Below are positions 19,985 to 28,751 of a stretch of DNA of 64,000 nucleotides, one piece after another; the stretch's first letter is position 1; the number at the start of each line of letters is the position of its first letter. The stretch comes from Candidatus Eremiobacteria bacterium. Lineage in GTDB: Bacteria > Vulcanimicrobiota > Vulcanimicrobiia > Vulcanimicrobiales > Vulcanimicrobiaceae. The stretch spans positions 1,952,001 through 2,016,000 of the forward strand of contig CAVTRC010000001.1 of the NCBI GenBank assembly GCA_963737065.1, written 5' to 3'. Under the pieces are notes generated by a model. That model saw nothing but the letters and a program-made list of their open reading frames with translations, ran no database searches and was not told the DNA's origin. The position numbers and the translations under genes are program-made.

Positions 19985-20841
19985 AAGCGATCGACGCCGC
20001 GGTACCGGCGTTGAATCTACGCCGGGAAGAGCTTGCAGATATCGAACTGCAGCTCTTCTTGGACGCGCTTCTGCGCTATGGCGGCTACGACTTTCGCAAC
20101 TACAACCAGTCCGCGCTTCGCCGCCGCATTGCCGATGCTATGCGTTCGGAGAACATTGCGACGATTTCCGGACTGCAAGACCGCCTGTTGCACGATGAGC
20201 GCGCGCTCGCTACGTTTCTCGTCTCGATGAGCGGGGGCACGTCGCAGCTCTTTCACGATCCATTGTTCCTGCAAAGCTTTGCGACCAATGTCGCGCCGCT
20301 GCTGCAAACGTACTCGTTCATCCGCATCTGGGTGCCGGGCAGTGGAACCGGCGGTGACGCCTACAGTCTCGCCGCACTTTTGAAAGAAAACGGGCTGCTT
20401 GAGAAGACGATCGTCTACGCGACGTGCGTCAACGACGTGACGACCGCCGTCGCAAAGGCCGGGTTCTACGAGCACCGTTCGGAGGCCGACTTCATTGCGC
20501 TCGCACGGCGCGCGGGAATCGTTGGGCCGCTTTCGCGCTATTTCGAAGTACATGAAACGTACGCGACGCCCCTTGAAGAGTTGCGCGCGAGCGTCATGTT
20601 TGCGCGCCACAACCCGGTCGAAGACGGCTCGATCAACGAATTCCACGCGATCATCGCTCGCGGAGTATTTCCGCTCTTCAACGGTGCGGTGCAGTATCGT
20701 CTGCACAAGTTGTTCTTCGATAGCCTCATGCACCTCGGGTTCCTGGGCCTCGGCCAACATGAGTCGCTTTCGAATACGGTGCACGAACGGGCGTTCCGGC
20801 AAGTCGTGACCGATCAGCCGATTTTCCGGCGCATGCGCTAG
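19969..20841 (+). CDS. CheR-family methyltransferase homologue with degenerate active-site motifs
   Basis: GYDFRNY...LRRRI N-domain, FIRIW, HN, GFLGLG..ESL scaffold; overlaps the kinase stop. Confidence 0.85.
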   Translation: MVEQVEAIDAAVPALNLRREELADIELQLFLDALLRYGGYDFRNYNQSALRRRIADAMRSENIATISGLQDRLLHDERALATFLVSMSGGTSQLFHDPLFLQSFATNVAPLLQTYSFIRIWVPGSGTGGDAYSLAALLKENGLLEKTIVYATCVNDVTTAVAKAGFYEHRSEADFIALARRAGIVGPLSRYFEVHETYATPLEELRASVMFARHNPVEDGSINEFHAIIARGVFPLFNGAVQYRLHKLFFDSLMHLGFLGLGQHESLSNTVHERAFRQVVTDQPIFRRMR

Positions 20842-20909
20842 CGTTCTCGAACATACACGCGCAATTCGTTTGCAATACCGCGGTCATACGGCGAGCGCAG
20901 CATCGCGCC

Positions 20910-21512
20910 ATGGATGGAATCGATTGGGCGGGCAGCGCGATGATTGCGGCGCGCGCGCGCCTCGATATTGCGACCGCAAATCTCGCGAACGTCTCGACCA
21001 ACGGCTTCGAGAAGGTCGTTGCGCACGGCGTGCTGAGCACGAGCGGAGTTCGGATCGAGCGCGAAACGCCGGTGGAACACGGCATGCTCCGTCGCACGGG
21101 ACGGGCCTTCGATCTTGCGATCGTCGGCGGAGGGATGTTCCGGGTACGCGATGACCGCGGACATATCATCGGAACACGAAACGGTGCGTTTGTGCGCGAC
21201 CGCGACGGAACCGTACGCGACGACTCGGGACGGGCGCTCCTCGGCCTGCGTGGCGCGCTTCGCGTCCCCGAGGCCGCCACGATCGACGACCGCGGGCGCG
21301 TGATGCTTGCGGGACGCGAGGTCGATCGCATCCCAGTGGGTCCCGGTGCGTCGATTCGCAGCGGGTATCTCGAAATAGCGAACGTCGATGCGATCGGCGA
21401 AATGGTCGACATTCTCACCGCGCAACGATCGTTCGAGAGCGCCGAAAAAGTCGTCGCAGCAATTGATGCGACGCGTCAAAAGGCGAGTAACGACGTCGCC
21501 CGGCTCAAGTAA
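20910..21512 (+). CDS. flgF: Flagellar basal-body rod protein, FlgF-like
   Basis: ATANLANVSTNGF, TGRAFDLAIVGGGMF, RNGAF, GYLEIANVDAIGEMV..AQRSFE. Confidence 0.75.
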   Translation: MDGIDWAGSAMIAARARLDIATANLANVSTNGFEKVVAHGVLSTSGVRIERETPVEHGMLRRTGRAFDLAIVGGGMFRVRDDRGHIIGTRNGAFVRDRDGTVRDDSGRALLGLRGALRVPEAATIDDRGRVMLAGREVDRIPVGPGASIRSGYLEIANVDAIGEMVDILTAQRSFESAEKVVAAIDATRQKASNDVARLK

Positions 21513-21515
21513 TCG

Positions 21516-21869
21516 CTACGCGCGCACGGTCCCTTTCCACGAAACCTCGCCGCGAAAGTCGATAATCCTTACGGTAAGCGTCGAGTTCTCTCCCGGGTGC
21601 GTACGGAGCCACGCGGTACGCCAACGCCGTAGCGCTTCCGCTTTGAGCGCTTCATCTTTGTCGTCGTCGAGATCGATCTCTTTATTCAAGTCGACGGAAA
21701 CGTCGACCGTGTTGCCGTGGAAATCGAACCCCATCACAACGTCGGGATAGTGCTCTTTCAGCGGCGCCATCGCCGAACGTTCCGTCGTATCCCGTTGTTC
21801 GTCCGGTGACGGCTGCGCATTGCAGGCGATGAGCGTCAGGAGCAATAGGGCAGCCGGAATGGAACGCAT
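21516..21869 (-). CDS. Hypothetical lipoprotein
   Basis: Lipobox LIAC after a hydrophobic signal; fills the gap between flgF and flgG. Confidence 0.65.
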   Translation of the reverse strand: MRSIPAALLLLTLIACNAQPSPDEQRDTTERSAMAPLKEHYPDVVMGFDFHGNTVDVSVDLNKEIDLDDDKDEALKAEALRRWRTAWLRTHPGENSTLTVRIIDFRGEVSWKGTVRA

Positions 21870-21910
21870 AAACCTCTCCATACGACGGACACAGCGCGTT
21901 CACTTTCGGC

Positions 21911-21919
21911 TGCTAGAAT
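21911..21919 (+). promoter_or_regulatory. Extended -10 (TGcTAGAAT) 6 nt before the flgG ATG; leaderless-type
   Basis: TGCTAGAATcgcaccATG, no SD. Confidence 0.5.
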
Positions 21920-21925
21920 CGCACC

Positions 21926-22654
21926 ATGGATCGTGCACTTTTCGCTGCGGCGAGCGGAATGGCCGCGCAGCAACGCAATCTCGATACGATTTCGGACAAT
22001 CTCGCCAACTCCGAAGTCGCGGGCTTTAAAGGATCGGCGGACGAGTTCGCCGCGCTCGCAGCGCCCGGCGAACGCTCCATGGGGACGATCGCGCTCGGCC
22101 AACATGTCGTTTTCACGCAGGGCAAACTCGAACGCAGCAACGGGCCATGCGATCTCGCGATCGACGGCAACGGGTTCTTCATCGTACGCGACCGAAAGCG
22201 CGTCGCCTACACGCGCGACGGGCAGTTTTCGCGCGCTGCGGACGGCACGCTGCGTAACGCTGCGGGCTGGCGCCTGGATGGCGTTCGTATTCCGGCCGAT
22301 GCGGTATCGATCAAGGTCGGCGAGGACGGTGCGGTGACCGCGACAATGTCCGGCGGCGCAACGAAACGCGTCGCGACGATTCCACTCGCATCGTTTGCGG
22401 CGCCGGAACGTCTCGAGAGCATCGGCGGGATGCTTTTCATCGCGAACCCGAATTCGGGCTCCCCGCGTCTCTTCCGCCCGAGTGCAGCCGGCGCTTCGCA
22501 GATTCGTTTCGGCATGCTCGAGCAGTCGAACGTATCGATCGTCGAATCGATGATGCAAATTCTCGCGGCGCAACGCGCGTACGAAGCGAATGCTAAAGGC
22601 GTCCAAGCCGCAGACGAAATGCTGCGCATCGCGAACAACTTGCAGAGAACGTAA
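21926..22654 (+). CDS. flgG: Flagellar basal-body rod protein FlgG
   Basis: AASGMAAQQRNLDTISDNLAN, DLAIDGNGFF, YTRDGQF, LEQSNV..AQRAYEANAKGVQAADEML. Confidence 0.88.
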   Translation: MDRALFAAASGMAAQQRNLDTISDNLANSEVAGFKGSADEFAALAAPGERSMGTIALGQHVVFTQGKLERSNGPCDLAIDGNGFFIVRDRKRVAYTRDGQFSRAADGTLRNAAGWRLDGVRIPADAVSIKVGEDGAVTATMSGGATKRVATIPLASFAAPERLESIGGMLFIANPNSGSPRLFRPSAAGASQIRFGMLEQSNVSIVESMMQILAAQRAYEANAKGVQAADEMLRIANNLQRT

Positions 22655-22748
22655 CGCGCCCTACCATACTTGCGCAGCGAGCGGCGCAAATGTGTGCACG
22701 TCCGGACGCGGGTCACGTCATTGAGACATTAGCGAATGCCCAGGACTA

Positions 22749-23708
22749 TCACCCCGGCGGTTCGAGGCTCTCAAAGAACGTAGCCGGCGGAACGAAGAAC
22801 AAGTTACCTGTCACGGCGCGACTGAAATCCAGCAGCCGATCGTAGTTCCCTGCCGGACGACCGACAAACATGTTCGTCAGCATTTGTTCGGTGATATGAG
22901 GCGACCGGCTGTAACCGATAAAATATGTTCCAAGCTCGCCGAAACCCGGTTTGCCAAAAGGCATGTTGTCTCGAAGGATCTTTATCTGTTTTCCGTTTTC
23001 GATAACCGTCGTTAACGCGTTATGCGCATTTGAGGGTTTTACGTTGTCCGTTAGCTCGATATCGGACAACTTCTTGCGGCCAATGATCCGCTCTTGTTCC
23101 TCCGTTGGAAGCGCGTTCCACTTGTTCATGTCGTGTACGTATTTTTGCACGACTACGTAACTTCCGCCAGCAAAGTGCTTGTCTTCTTCGCCGATTATTG
23201 CAGCCTCAAATGCTTCACCGTTGCGTGGATTTTCGGTCCCGTCAACAAACCCGATCAAGTCGCGATCGTCGAAGTACCGGAAGCCGTGTGTTTCGTCGAA
23301 AGCAGAAACCGCGTCTCCAAGGCGCTCCATGATGTGCGTCGCTAGCTCGAAACACATATCCATGCGCTTCGCCCTAATGTGAAACAACATATCGCCCGGC
23401 GTAGAAACCGCGTGCCGATCGCCCGCAAGAATCTCGCGAAACGGATGCAGTTCCGCTGGGCGCGGCTTTCCGAATAAGTCGTCCCAGACATCCGAGCCAA
23501 TCCCTGTAACGCAAGTGAGCCCTGCCTCCAGCTCGCGAGATTCCACTGCACGAAAAATCCCCTCGAGCGCCCCGCACAGCGAACGTACTGCTGCGTAGCT
23601 CTTTTCATCGCGCTTAATACAGAGCACCAGAAATATTGCAGCGCGCGTGAGCGGAGCGAGAACCGGCTGCTGTATAGATTTCTGATCTTCTCCACTAGAT
23701 ACGCCCAT
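22749..23708 (-). CDS. Dyp-type peroxidase
   Basis: GFVDGTENP (GxxDG), GGSYVVVQKY.H, distal Arg in ILRDNMPFG, YDRLLDFS..VTG.LFFVP; AGGAG SD. Confidence 0.93.
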   Translation of the reverse strand: MGVSSGEDQKSIQQPVLAPLTRAAIFLVLCIKRDEKSYAAVRSLCGALEGIFRAVESRELEAGLTCVTGIGSDVWDDLFGKPRPAELHPFREILAGDRHAVSTPGDMLFHIRAKRMDMCFELATHIMERLGDAVSAFDETHGFRYFDDRDLIGFVDGTENPRNGEAFEAAIIGEEDKHFAGGSYVVVQKYVHDMNKWNALPTEEQERIIGRKKLSDIELTDNVKPSNAHNALTTVIENGKQIKILRDNMPFGKPGFGELGTYFIGYSRSPHITEQMLTNMFVGRPAGNYDRLLDFSRAVTGNLFFVPPATFFESLEPPG

Positions 23709-24321
23709 GCCGATACTCGATCTCCTTCTTGCCTGAAATGGATTTGCGGTCGCGACCGATAGTTCGTTTTTATTACCAACTGTACGTCAGTTGCTAATAA
23801 GCATCCCGCTCTGGGTGCGTGCCGGTTGAACGAGGCGCTCCAGATATGCGCCGAACCGAAAGTCGCCGAGCAAAGAGGGCCGCATAGGGCATCGCTCCAG
23901 CGTTCGGTCCGCACGACGCGGATACGGCATAGTGGTATGTGGCGCATATAGTGGGCTACCGACTGCGTTTGTCGACGTCTTGTTGGATTGACGCTGGTAG
24001 CGCCAACTGTCAAAGACTTTCGCGTGTATAAGCGCTACGCAGACATGGCCGCAGGGCTTACCGATGATAGCCCTCAAAGCCGCAAGTGTTCCATGTCCGT
24101 GGCGCGGTTCACGTTTCGCGTTACAAAATCGTGCTGCCGAAGGAGCAGTCGCGTATTTCGAGCGGTTTTTTGATCGCATGCTTTCCGCGAGGCGCGTTTG
24201 CGGTGTCTGAACGGTTAAAGCGGGTACACTCAACGTAGCGCCTCCGTGATCCGAAAATGCAGGCGCTTGCGCGATGGGCAAACAAGGCAGCTCCAAGTCC
24301 TTGCAAAACCACAGGAGAACG

Positions 24322-24468
24322 ATGATGGCGACGCCGTGTACACAGTGTGATTGTCCGAATTTCTCCCAGTCTGACCCTAACCTTGGCGACTTCGGGGCGC
24401 AGGATGTCTGCGCTCGGAAAACCTGTCAACACCCGAGCGAAGCACATATCGAACGCAATGGTGATTAG
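24322..24468 (+). CDS. Small Cys/His-rich protein, putative zinc-binding (48 aa)
   Basis: AGGAG SD at 24313; CxxCxC...CxxxxCxHxxxxH. Confidence 0.6.
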   Translation: MMATPCTQCDCPNFSQSDPNLGDFGAQDVCARKTCQHPSEAHIERNGD

Positions 24469-24525
24469 CGCGCCGCAACTGACAGACGATGTGTATGACG
24501 GTATGGCGAGATCCAAGAGGGATAG

Positions 24526-24741
24526 ATGACTTCACCACGATTCGCGGTCGGCGACCACGTCAGTTGGAACTCCGAGGCGGGACGCGTAACCGGCCATGTC
24601 ACGAAAGTGATAACGTCGGAGATTCAGTTCAAGGGCTATACCGTCCACGCGAGCGAAGCGGATCCGCAATACGAAATCAAGAGCGATAAGACGGATCACG
24701 TTGCGATGCATAAAGGATCGGCACTCAGCAAGGTGCGCTGA
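24526..24741 (+). CDS. DUF2945 (Hva1 Tudor-like) small protein
   Basis: F.VGDHVSWNSEAG.V.G...ASE.DPQYEIKSDKTDH.AMHKG.AL. Confidence 0.85.
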   Translation: MTSPRFAVGDHVSWNSEAGRVTGHVTKVITSEIQFKGYTVHASEADPQYEIKSDKTDHVAMHKGSALSKVR

Positions 24742-24944
24742 TCGAGGCGGCTGGGTCAGCAGAGCTGGCCTCGGACAATGAACGCCGCGCCGGCGATCGG
24801 TGCGACGTGAAGGAGCGCTACCGATCGAAGCGCGTCGCACCGACTTGACGCCGCGCAGCAAGGCAACCAATGAGCGCATCCACCGGTCATGCACTGCGTA
24901 CCGGGCTGTAGTGAGCATGCCGTCTTTTCGTTGGTTGGAGGATT

Positions 24945-26012
24945 ATGCAAGAGCTTGCCATGTCGAATGTGCATATGTGGTCGCGCTGGCAGCCCGATCG
25001 GAAGATGCATTTCAACAGCTACCTCTTTGTGCTGCCGGACGGCAACGTCGCGATCGATCCGGTCCCGCTCGACGCTGACGACGGCGAACGTATTTCGGCG
25101 CTTGGTGGCATTTCGGAGGTCGTCCTGACCAATCGCGACCACGTTCGCGATGCCGCTGCGCTTCGCGAACGATTCGGTGCGCGTGTCGTGTCGTCCGCAA
25201 ATGAAGCGCCGCTCTTCGACATTCCGGTGGACCGGGTGCTCCGCGACGGTGAAACGGTGTTCGCCGGAGCAACGCTCGTCGCGCTCGAGCACCAGAAGAC
25301 GCCGGGTGAGTTTGCGATTCACCTTTCGGCGCAGCGTACGGTGATCGTCGGCGACGCGATCGTCGGCGCACCGGCTGGTTCGTTGTCGTTACTACCCGAT
25401 GAGAAATACAGTAACGTGCAAGATGCCGTGCTGGGCCTGCGGCGCGTGTGGGCACTTCAGCCCGACGTGCTGCTCGTCGGCGACGGCACGCCGCTTTGGA
25501 GCGGCGCGACGCGGGCAATCGGAAAACTGCTCTTCCAACGCGGTGGAATCGCGGTGAACCGTATAAATCTCGACGAGTTGCGCTATGACTATTGGGAAGG
25601 GAAGAACGGAAAATACCGTTCGCACGATGGAGAGGTTGGGTTTTTCATCGGCGCCGAGCGTCTTGGCTACCAAGTCGTGAAACTTACGCCCGGTGCGCGA
25701 TTCTGTCCGGTGCACGCGGAATTCAGTGAGGAAGAACTGTTCGTCGTGCTGGAGGGGACACCGAGCATCCGCACTACGCGCGAAACGCTGCAGTGCAGGA
25801 AAGGCGATTTTATCGCCTTTCCCGTTGGACCCGATCACGCGCATCAAGTTCTCAACGAAAGCTCGCGCGAAGCGGTCATTCTGCTTCTAGGTCAGTGTGT
25901 GCCCGATGCGGTGTGCTACTATCCCGAATCGAACAAAGTACTGATCGGGACTCCGGACGTGCGTTGGATGGTCCGTAACGCGCCGCAACTCGATTACTAC
26001 GACGGCGAATAG
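24945..26012 (+). CDS. MBL-fold domain fused to a C-terminal cupin
   Basis: VAIDP, LTNRDH, KTPGE, VGDA, VGDG; cupin PVH.E..EEELFVVLEG...GDFIAFP.G...AHQ. Confidence 0.85.
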   Translation: MQELAMSNVHMWSRWQPDRKMHFNSYLFVLPDGNVAIDPVPLDADDGERISALGGISEVVLTNRDHVRDAAALRERFGARVVSSANEAPLFDIPVDRVLRDGETVFAGATLVALEHQKTPGEFAIHLSAQRTVIVGDAIVGAPAGSLSLLPDEKYSNVQDAVLGLRRVWALQPDVLLVGDGTPLWSGATRAIGKLLFQRGGIAVNRINLDELRYDYWEGKNGKYRSHDGEVGFFIGAERLGYQVVKLTPGARFCPVHAEFSEEELFVVLEGTPSIRTTRETLQCRKGDFIAFPVGPDHAHQVLNESSREAVILLLGQCVPDAVCYYPESNKVLIGTPDVRWMVRNAPQLDYYDGE

Positions 26013-26067
26013 AGCGGCGTAACGGCCATGTGACAAGCCGGCAACAGTCAGTTGCTAGTTTCGTCGT

Positions 26068-26226
26068 GTGAATAATGCGTTGCACGTCGCGCAAGCGACA
26101 CTCGAGGCGATGCTGTTTGCGCAAACATTGCGTCCGCTCGCCGAAGCGGCCGGTCCCGCCGGCGATTATTGCGTCGAAACGTTCGCTCAAACGCTGATCG
26201 CGTCGATCGAGCGTCACCATGGATGA
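26068..26226 (+). CDS. 52-aa protein resembling the FlgJ rod-binding region (not in the ORF track)
   Basis: MNNALHVAQATLEAMLFAQTLRPLAEAAGPAGDYCVETFAQTLIASIERHHG; overlaps the fliA start; TGcTAGTTT 6 nt upstream. Confidence 0.55.
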   Translation: MNNALHVAQATLEAMLFAQTLRPLAEAAGPAGDYCVETFAQTLIASIERHHG

Positions 26227-26896
26227 ATCCCTTGACCGCGAAGCCCTAATTCGTCGCTATTTTCCGCTCGTCAAACGTATCGCGCGGCGCATTCATCGAC
26301 TGGTTCCCAGCGTCGACGTCGACGATTTGGTCGGCGACGGCAGCGTCGGATTGATTCGCGCCGTCGATAACTTCGACCCACAGCGCGGTCCGACGCTCGA
26401 ACAGTACGCGCGTCAACTCATCGTCGGAGCGATGCTCAATGGAATCCGGCGCATGGACCCGGTATCCGAGCGCGCGCGACGGGCCTTGCGCGATGGGGAG
26501 AGCGATCGGTATCGTCTCGCACTCGAGCGAGGCAGCGTGCCGAGCAGCGTCGAGATGGAAGCGATTCGGCCGGGGTTCGCGCGCGCACGCCTCGCCGCGC
26601 ATCGCGGCGTTCCACTCTCGATCGATGCACCGCTGCCTGACGGCGAACGCGTGCCGAAGGACTGGAGTGGCGATCCGGCTTGCATCATCGCCGCGCGCGA
26701 AGATGCGTTGGAAGTGCGCGCGTTGCTCGACCGGCTCGCACCGCGGCAGCGCGCGTTGATCCGCGCGTATTATTTTGGAGAGCGCTCGTTGCGCGATATC
26801 GGCAAGCGGATGCGCATCTCGCCTCAACGAGCGTCGCAGTTGCATATAGCCGCGCTCGAGAAACTGCGAAGGGCTGTTTCCGTTGCAGCGCGTTGA
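26219..26896 (+). CDS. fliA: RNA polymerase sigma-28 (FliA/WhiG family)
   Basis: YFPLVKRIA, DDLVGDG.VGLI.AVD.FDP.RG, GAML.GIR.MD, region-4 HTH; flagellar context. Confidence 0.85.
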   Translation: MDESLDREALIRRYFPLVKRIARRIHRLVPSVDVDDLVGDGSVGLIRAVDNFDPQRGPTLEQYARQLIVGAMLNGIRRMDPVSERARRALRDGESDRYRLALERGSVPSSVEMEAIRPGFARARLAAHRGVPLSIDAPLPDGERVPKDWSGDPACIIAAREDALEVRALLDRLAPRQRALIRAYYFGERSLRDIGKRMRISPQRASQLHIAALEKLRRAVSVAAR

Positions 26897-27146
26897 ATCG
26901 AGCGTGCGGCGCGAGCCGAACTCCGCGCCGCGTGAACCTGAGGCGGCGCAGACGCAAGCGATCGTTCCTGCCGTCCCCGATGTCGACTTGGATATGGCGC
27001 TGTTGCCGCGCGATCACCCGCAGTGGGTCAGAGACACGCTGTCGGTTTCGAGCAGGGCGCGCGAGTTGCTCGCAGGGTCTCAAACCGCTCATCATCAGCA
27101 TTTTCACGTTCTGGGATCACCACGTGCGAAGCGTGATCGTCGGTGA
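26883..27146 (+). CDS. Hypothetical protein coupled to fliA
   Basis: Overlaps the fliA stop; contains DTLSVSSRARELL and HHQHFH. Confidence 0.5.
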   Translation: MQRVESSVRREPNSAPREPEAAQTQAIVPAVPDVDLDMALLPRDHPQWVRDTLSVSSRARELLAGSQTAHHQHFHVLGSPRAKRDRR

Positions 27147-27211
27147 CTCCCGCGTATCGATAGACCCGAGCGGAAGTTACCGTATCGAGTAGCCGCGAAT
27201 ACGCGAACGCA

Positions 27212-28712
27212 ATGGCGCTTCTCGTACGATCTCGCGACGCGGTCGTTGCAGCGGCATTGGGCGTCGGCTCATTCGTGCTGCTCTTCGTCAACTATTGGTT
27301 TCCGCCGGAAAAGATCTTCGACGAGGTCTACTTTGCGCGAGCGGCCGAGGAGTATTTGCAGCGGCGCTATATCTACGAGAGCACGCATCCGCCGGTCACG
27401 AAGCTGCTCATCACGCTATCGGTGATGCTCTTCGGCGGCTTGCCGGCCGGAGACAATTCTCACGGATGGCGGTTTTTGGGCGTTGTCGCCGGAGCGCTCG
27501 CCGTCGTGCTGACGTTTGTGCTGGCGCGGCGCGTTCTCGCGCTCGACGCTCTTCGCGACGTACGCCGCGCTGCTCTTCGGCTTCGACGGGATGCATTTCG
27601 TGCAGTCGCGCATCGCAACCCCGGAAACCTACGTCGTCTGTTTCTCGCTTGCGACGCTTTATGGATTCATCCGTTACTGGGATGCGATTCTTGCAGCGTC
27701 TGCGCGTCGCGTTGCACGGAACGAAGCGTTACTGAACCTCGGCGCAGCGTTCGCGGCGTTGTTCATCGCAGCGGCGTTCGTTGCAATTCGCTTTGCGCAT
27801 GAGGCAATCTACGCACGAGCCGTTGTGGCGGTCGCGATCGCGGCCGCCCTCTACGGCGTGTATCGCTTGATCCGCGCGAGGCCCGCGGGCAGCGGATGGC
27901 TGATGTTCTTTGCGTTTTCCGGTGCTCTCCTCGTCGCGAGCAAGTGGTACGGCGTCATGGCGTATGGCGTTGCGGCCGCCGTCATCGCGTATGCGACCGT
28001 ACGGGCATGGGCCGATCGTCGCCCGTCGCCCTTTCCGGTCGATACGGTCGTCGCCGTATCGACGGCCGCCGTTGCGGTCGTGTATGCGCTCGCGTACATT
28101 CCGCATTTCATCGGCCTGCGCGATTTGGTGACGCTGCCGCCGCGTCCGTACACGCTCACAAACGTGATCGACATGCAGGTCGGCGCGTATATGTATCACG
28201 CGCACCTCGTGGCCACGCATCCGTATGCGTCGCTCTGGTGGACCTGGCCGCTCGACCTGCGCCCGGTGCTCTACTATGCGAACTACGGATCGAGCCACGG
28301 CGTCGGTACGGCGCAGATGATTTATTCGCTGCCGAATCCACTGTTGTTGTGGCCCGGATTGGCGGCCGTTCCGTTCGTAGGATATTTGGCATGGCGCGAG
28401 CGCAATCGCGGCTATGCACTGGTCGTCCTCGCGTATCTCTTGCAATGGCTGCCGTGGTCTCGCTCGCCGCGGATCGCCTGGATTTATCATTTCTACGTCG
28501 ATGTTCCGCTCGTCGCATTGTGTAATGCGATCGCGGTGATGTGGATCTGGAACAAATGGAAAGATTCGCGCCGCGCAACCGCGATGGCGATCGCAATCGG
28601 CTACCTTACCGTCGTCGCGTTCGCGTTCGTCTACTTCTATCCGATCTATGCCGGTGTGACGATTACAAGCGATCAACGGATGGCGCGTATGTGGCTTCCT
28701 TCCTGGATCTAG
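27212..28712 (+). CDS. Dolichyl-phosphate-mannose-protein mannosyltransferase (PMT/GT39) family; one frameshift near 27538
   Basis: IFDEVYF, EST-HPP..KLLI, GWRF (first frame); FDGMHFVQSRIA, KWYG, HPYAS.WWTWP..LRP, YHFY (second frame). Confidence 0.85.
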
Positions 28713-28751
28713 TGTTCGTAGAGCGACCCTTCGCCGAACGATTCGCGAACC

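Noticed and set aside
23709..24273. ORFs 23787..24296(-), 23988..24173(+), 23342..24013(-) or a structured ncRNA in the gap
   Set aside because: No motif, SD or convincing stem pattern found; left unannotated
20842..27146. Sigma-28 promoters (TAAA-N15-GCCGATAA) near the flagellar genes
   Set aside because: No adequate match seen by eye
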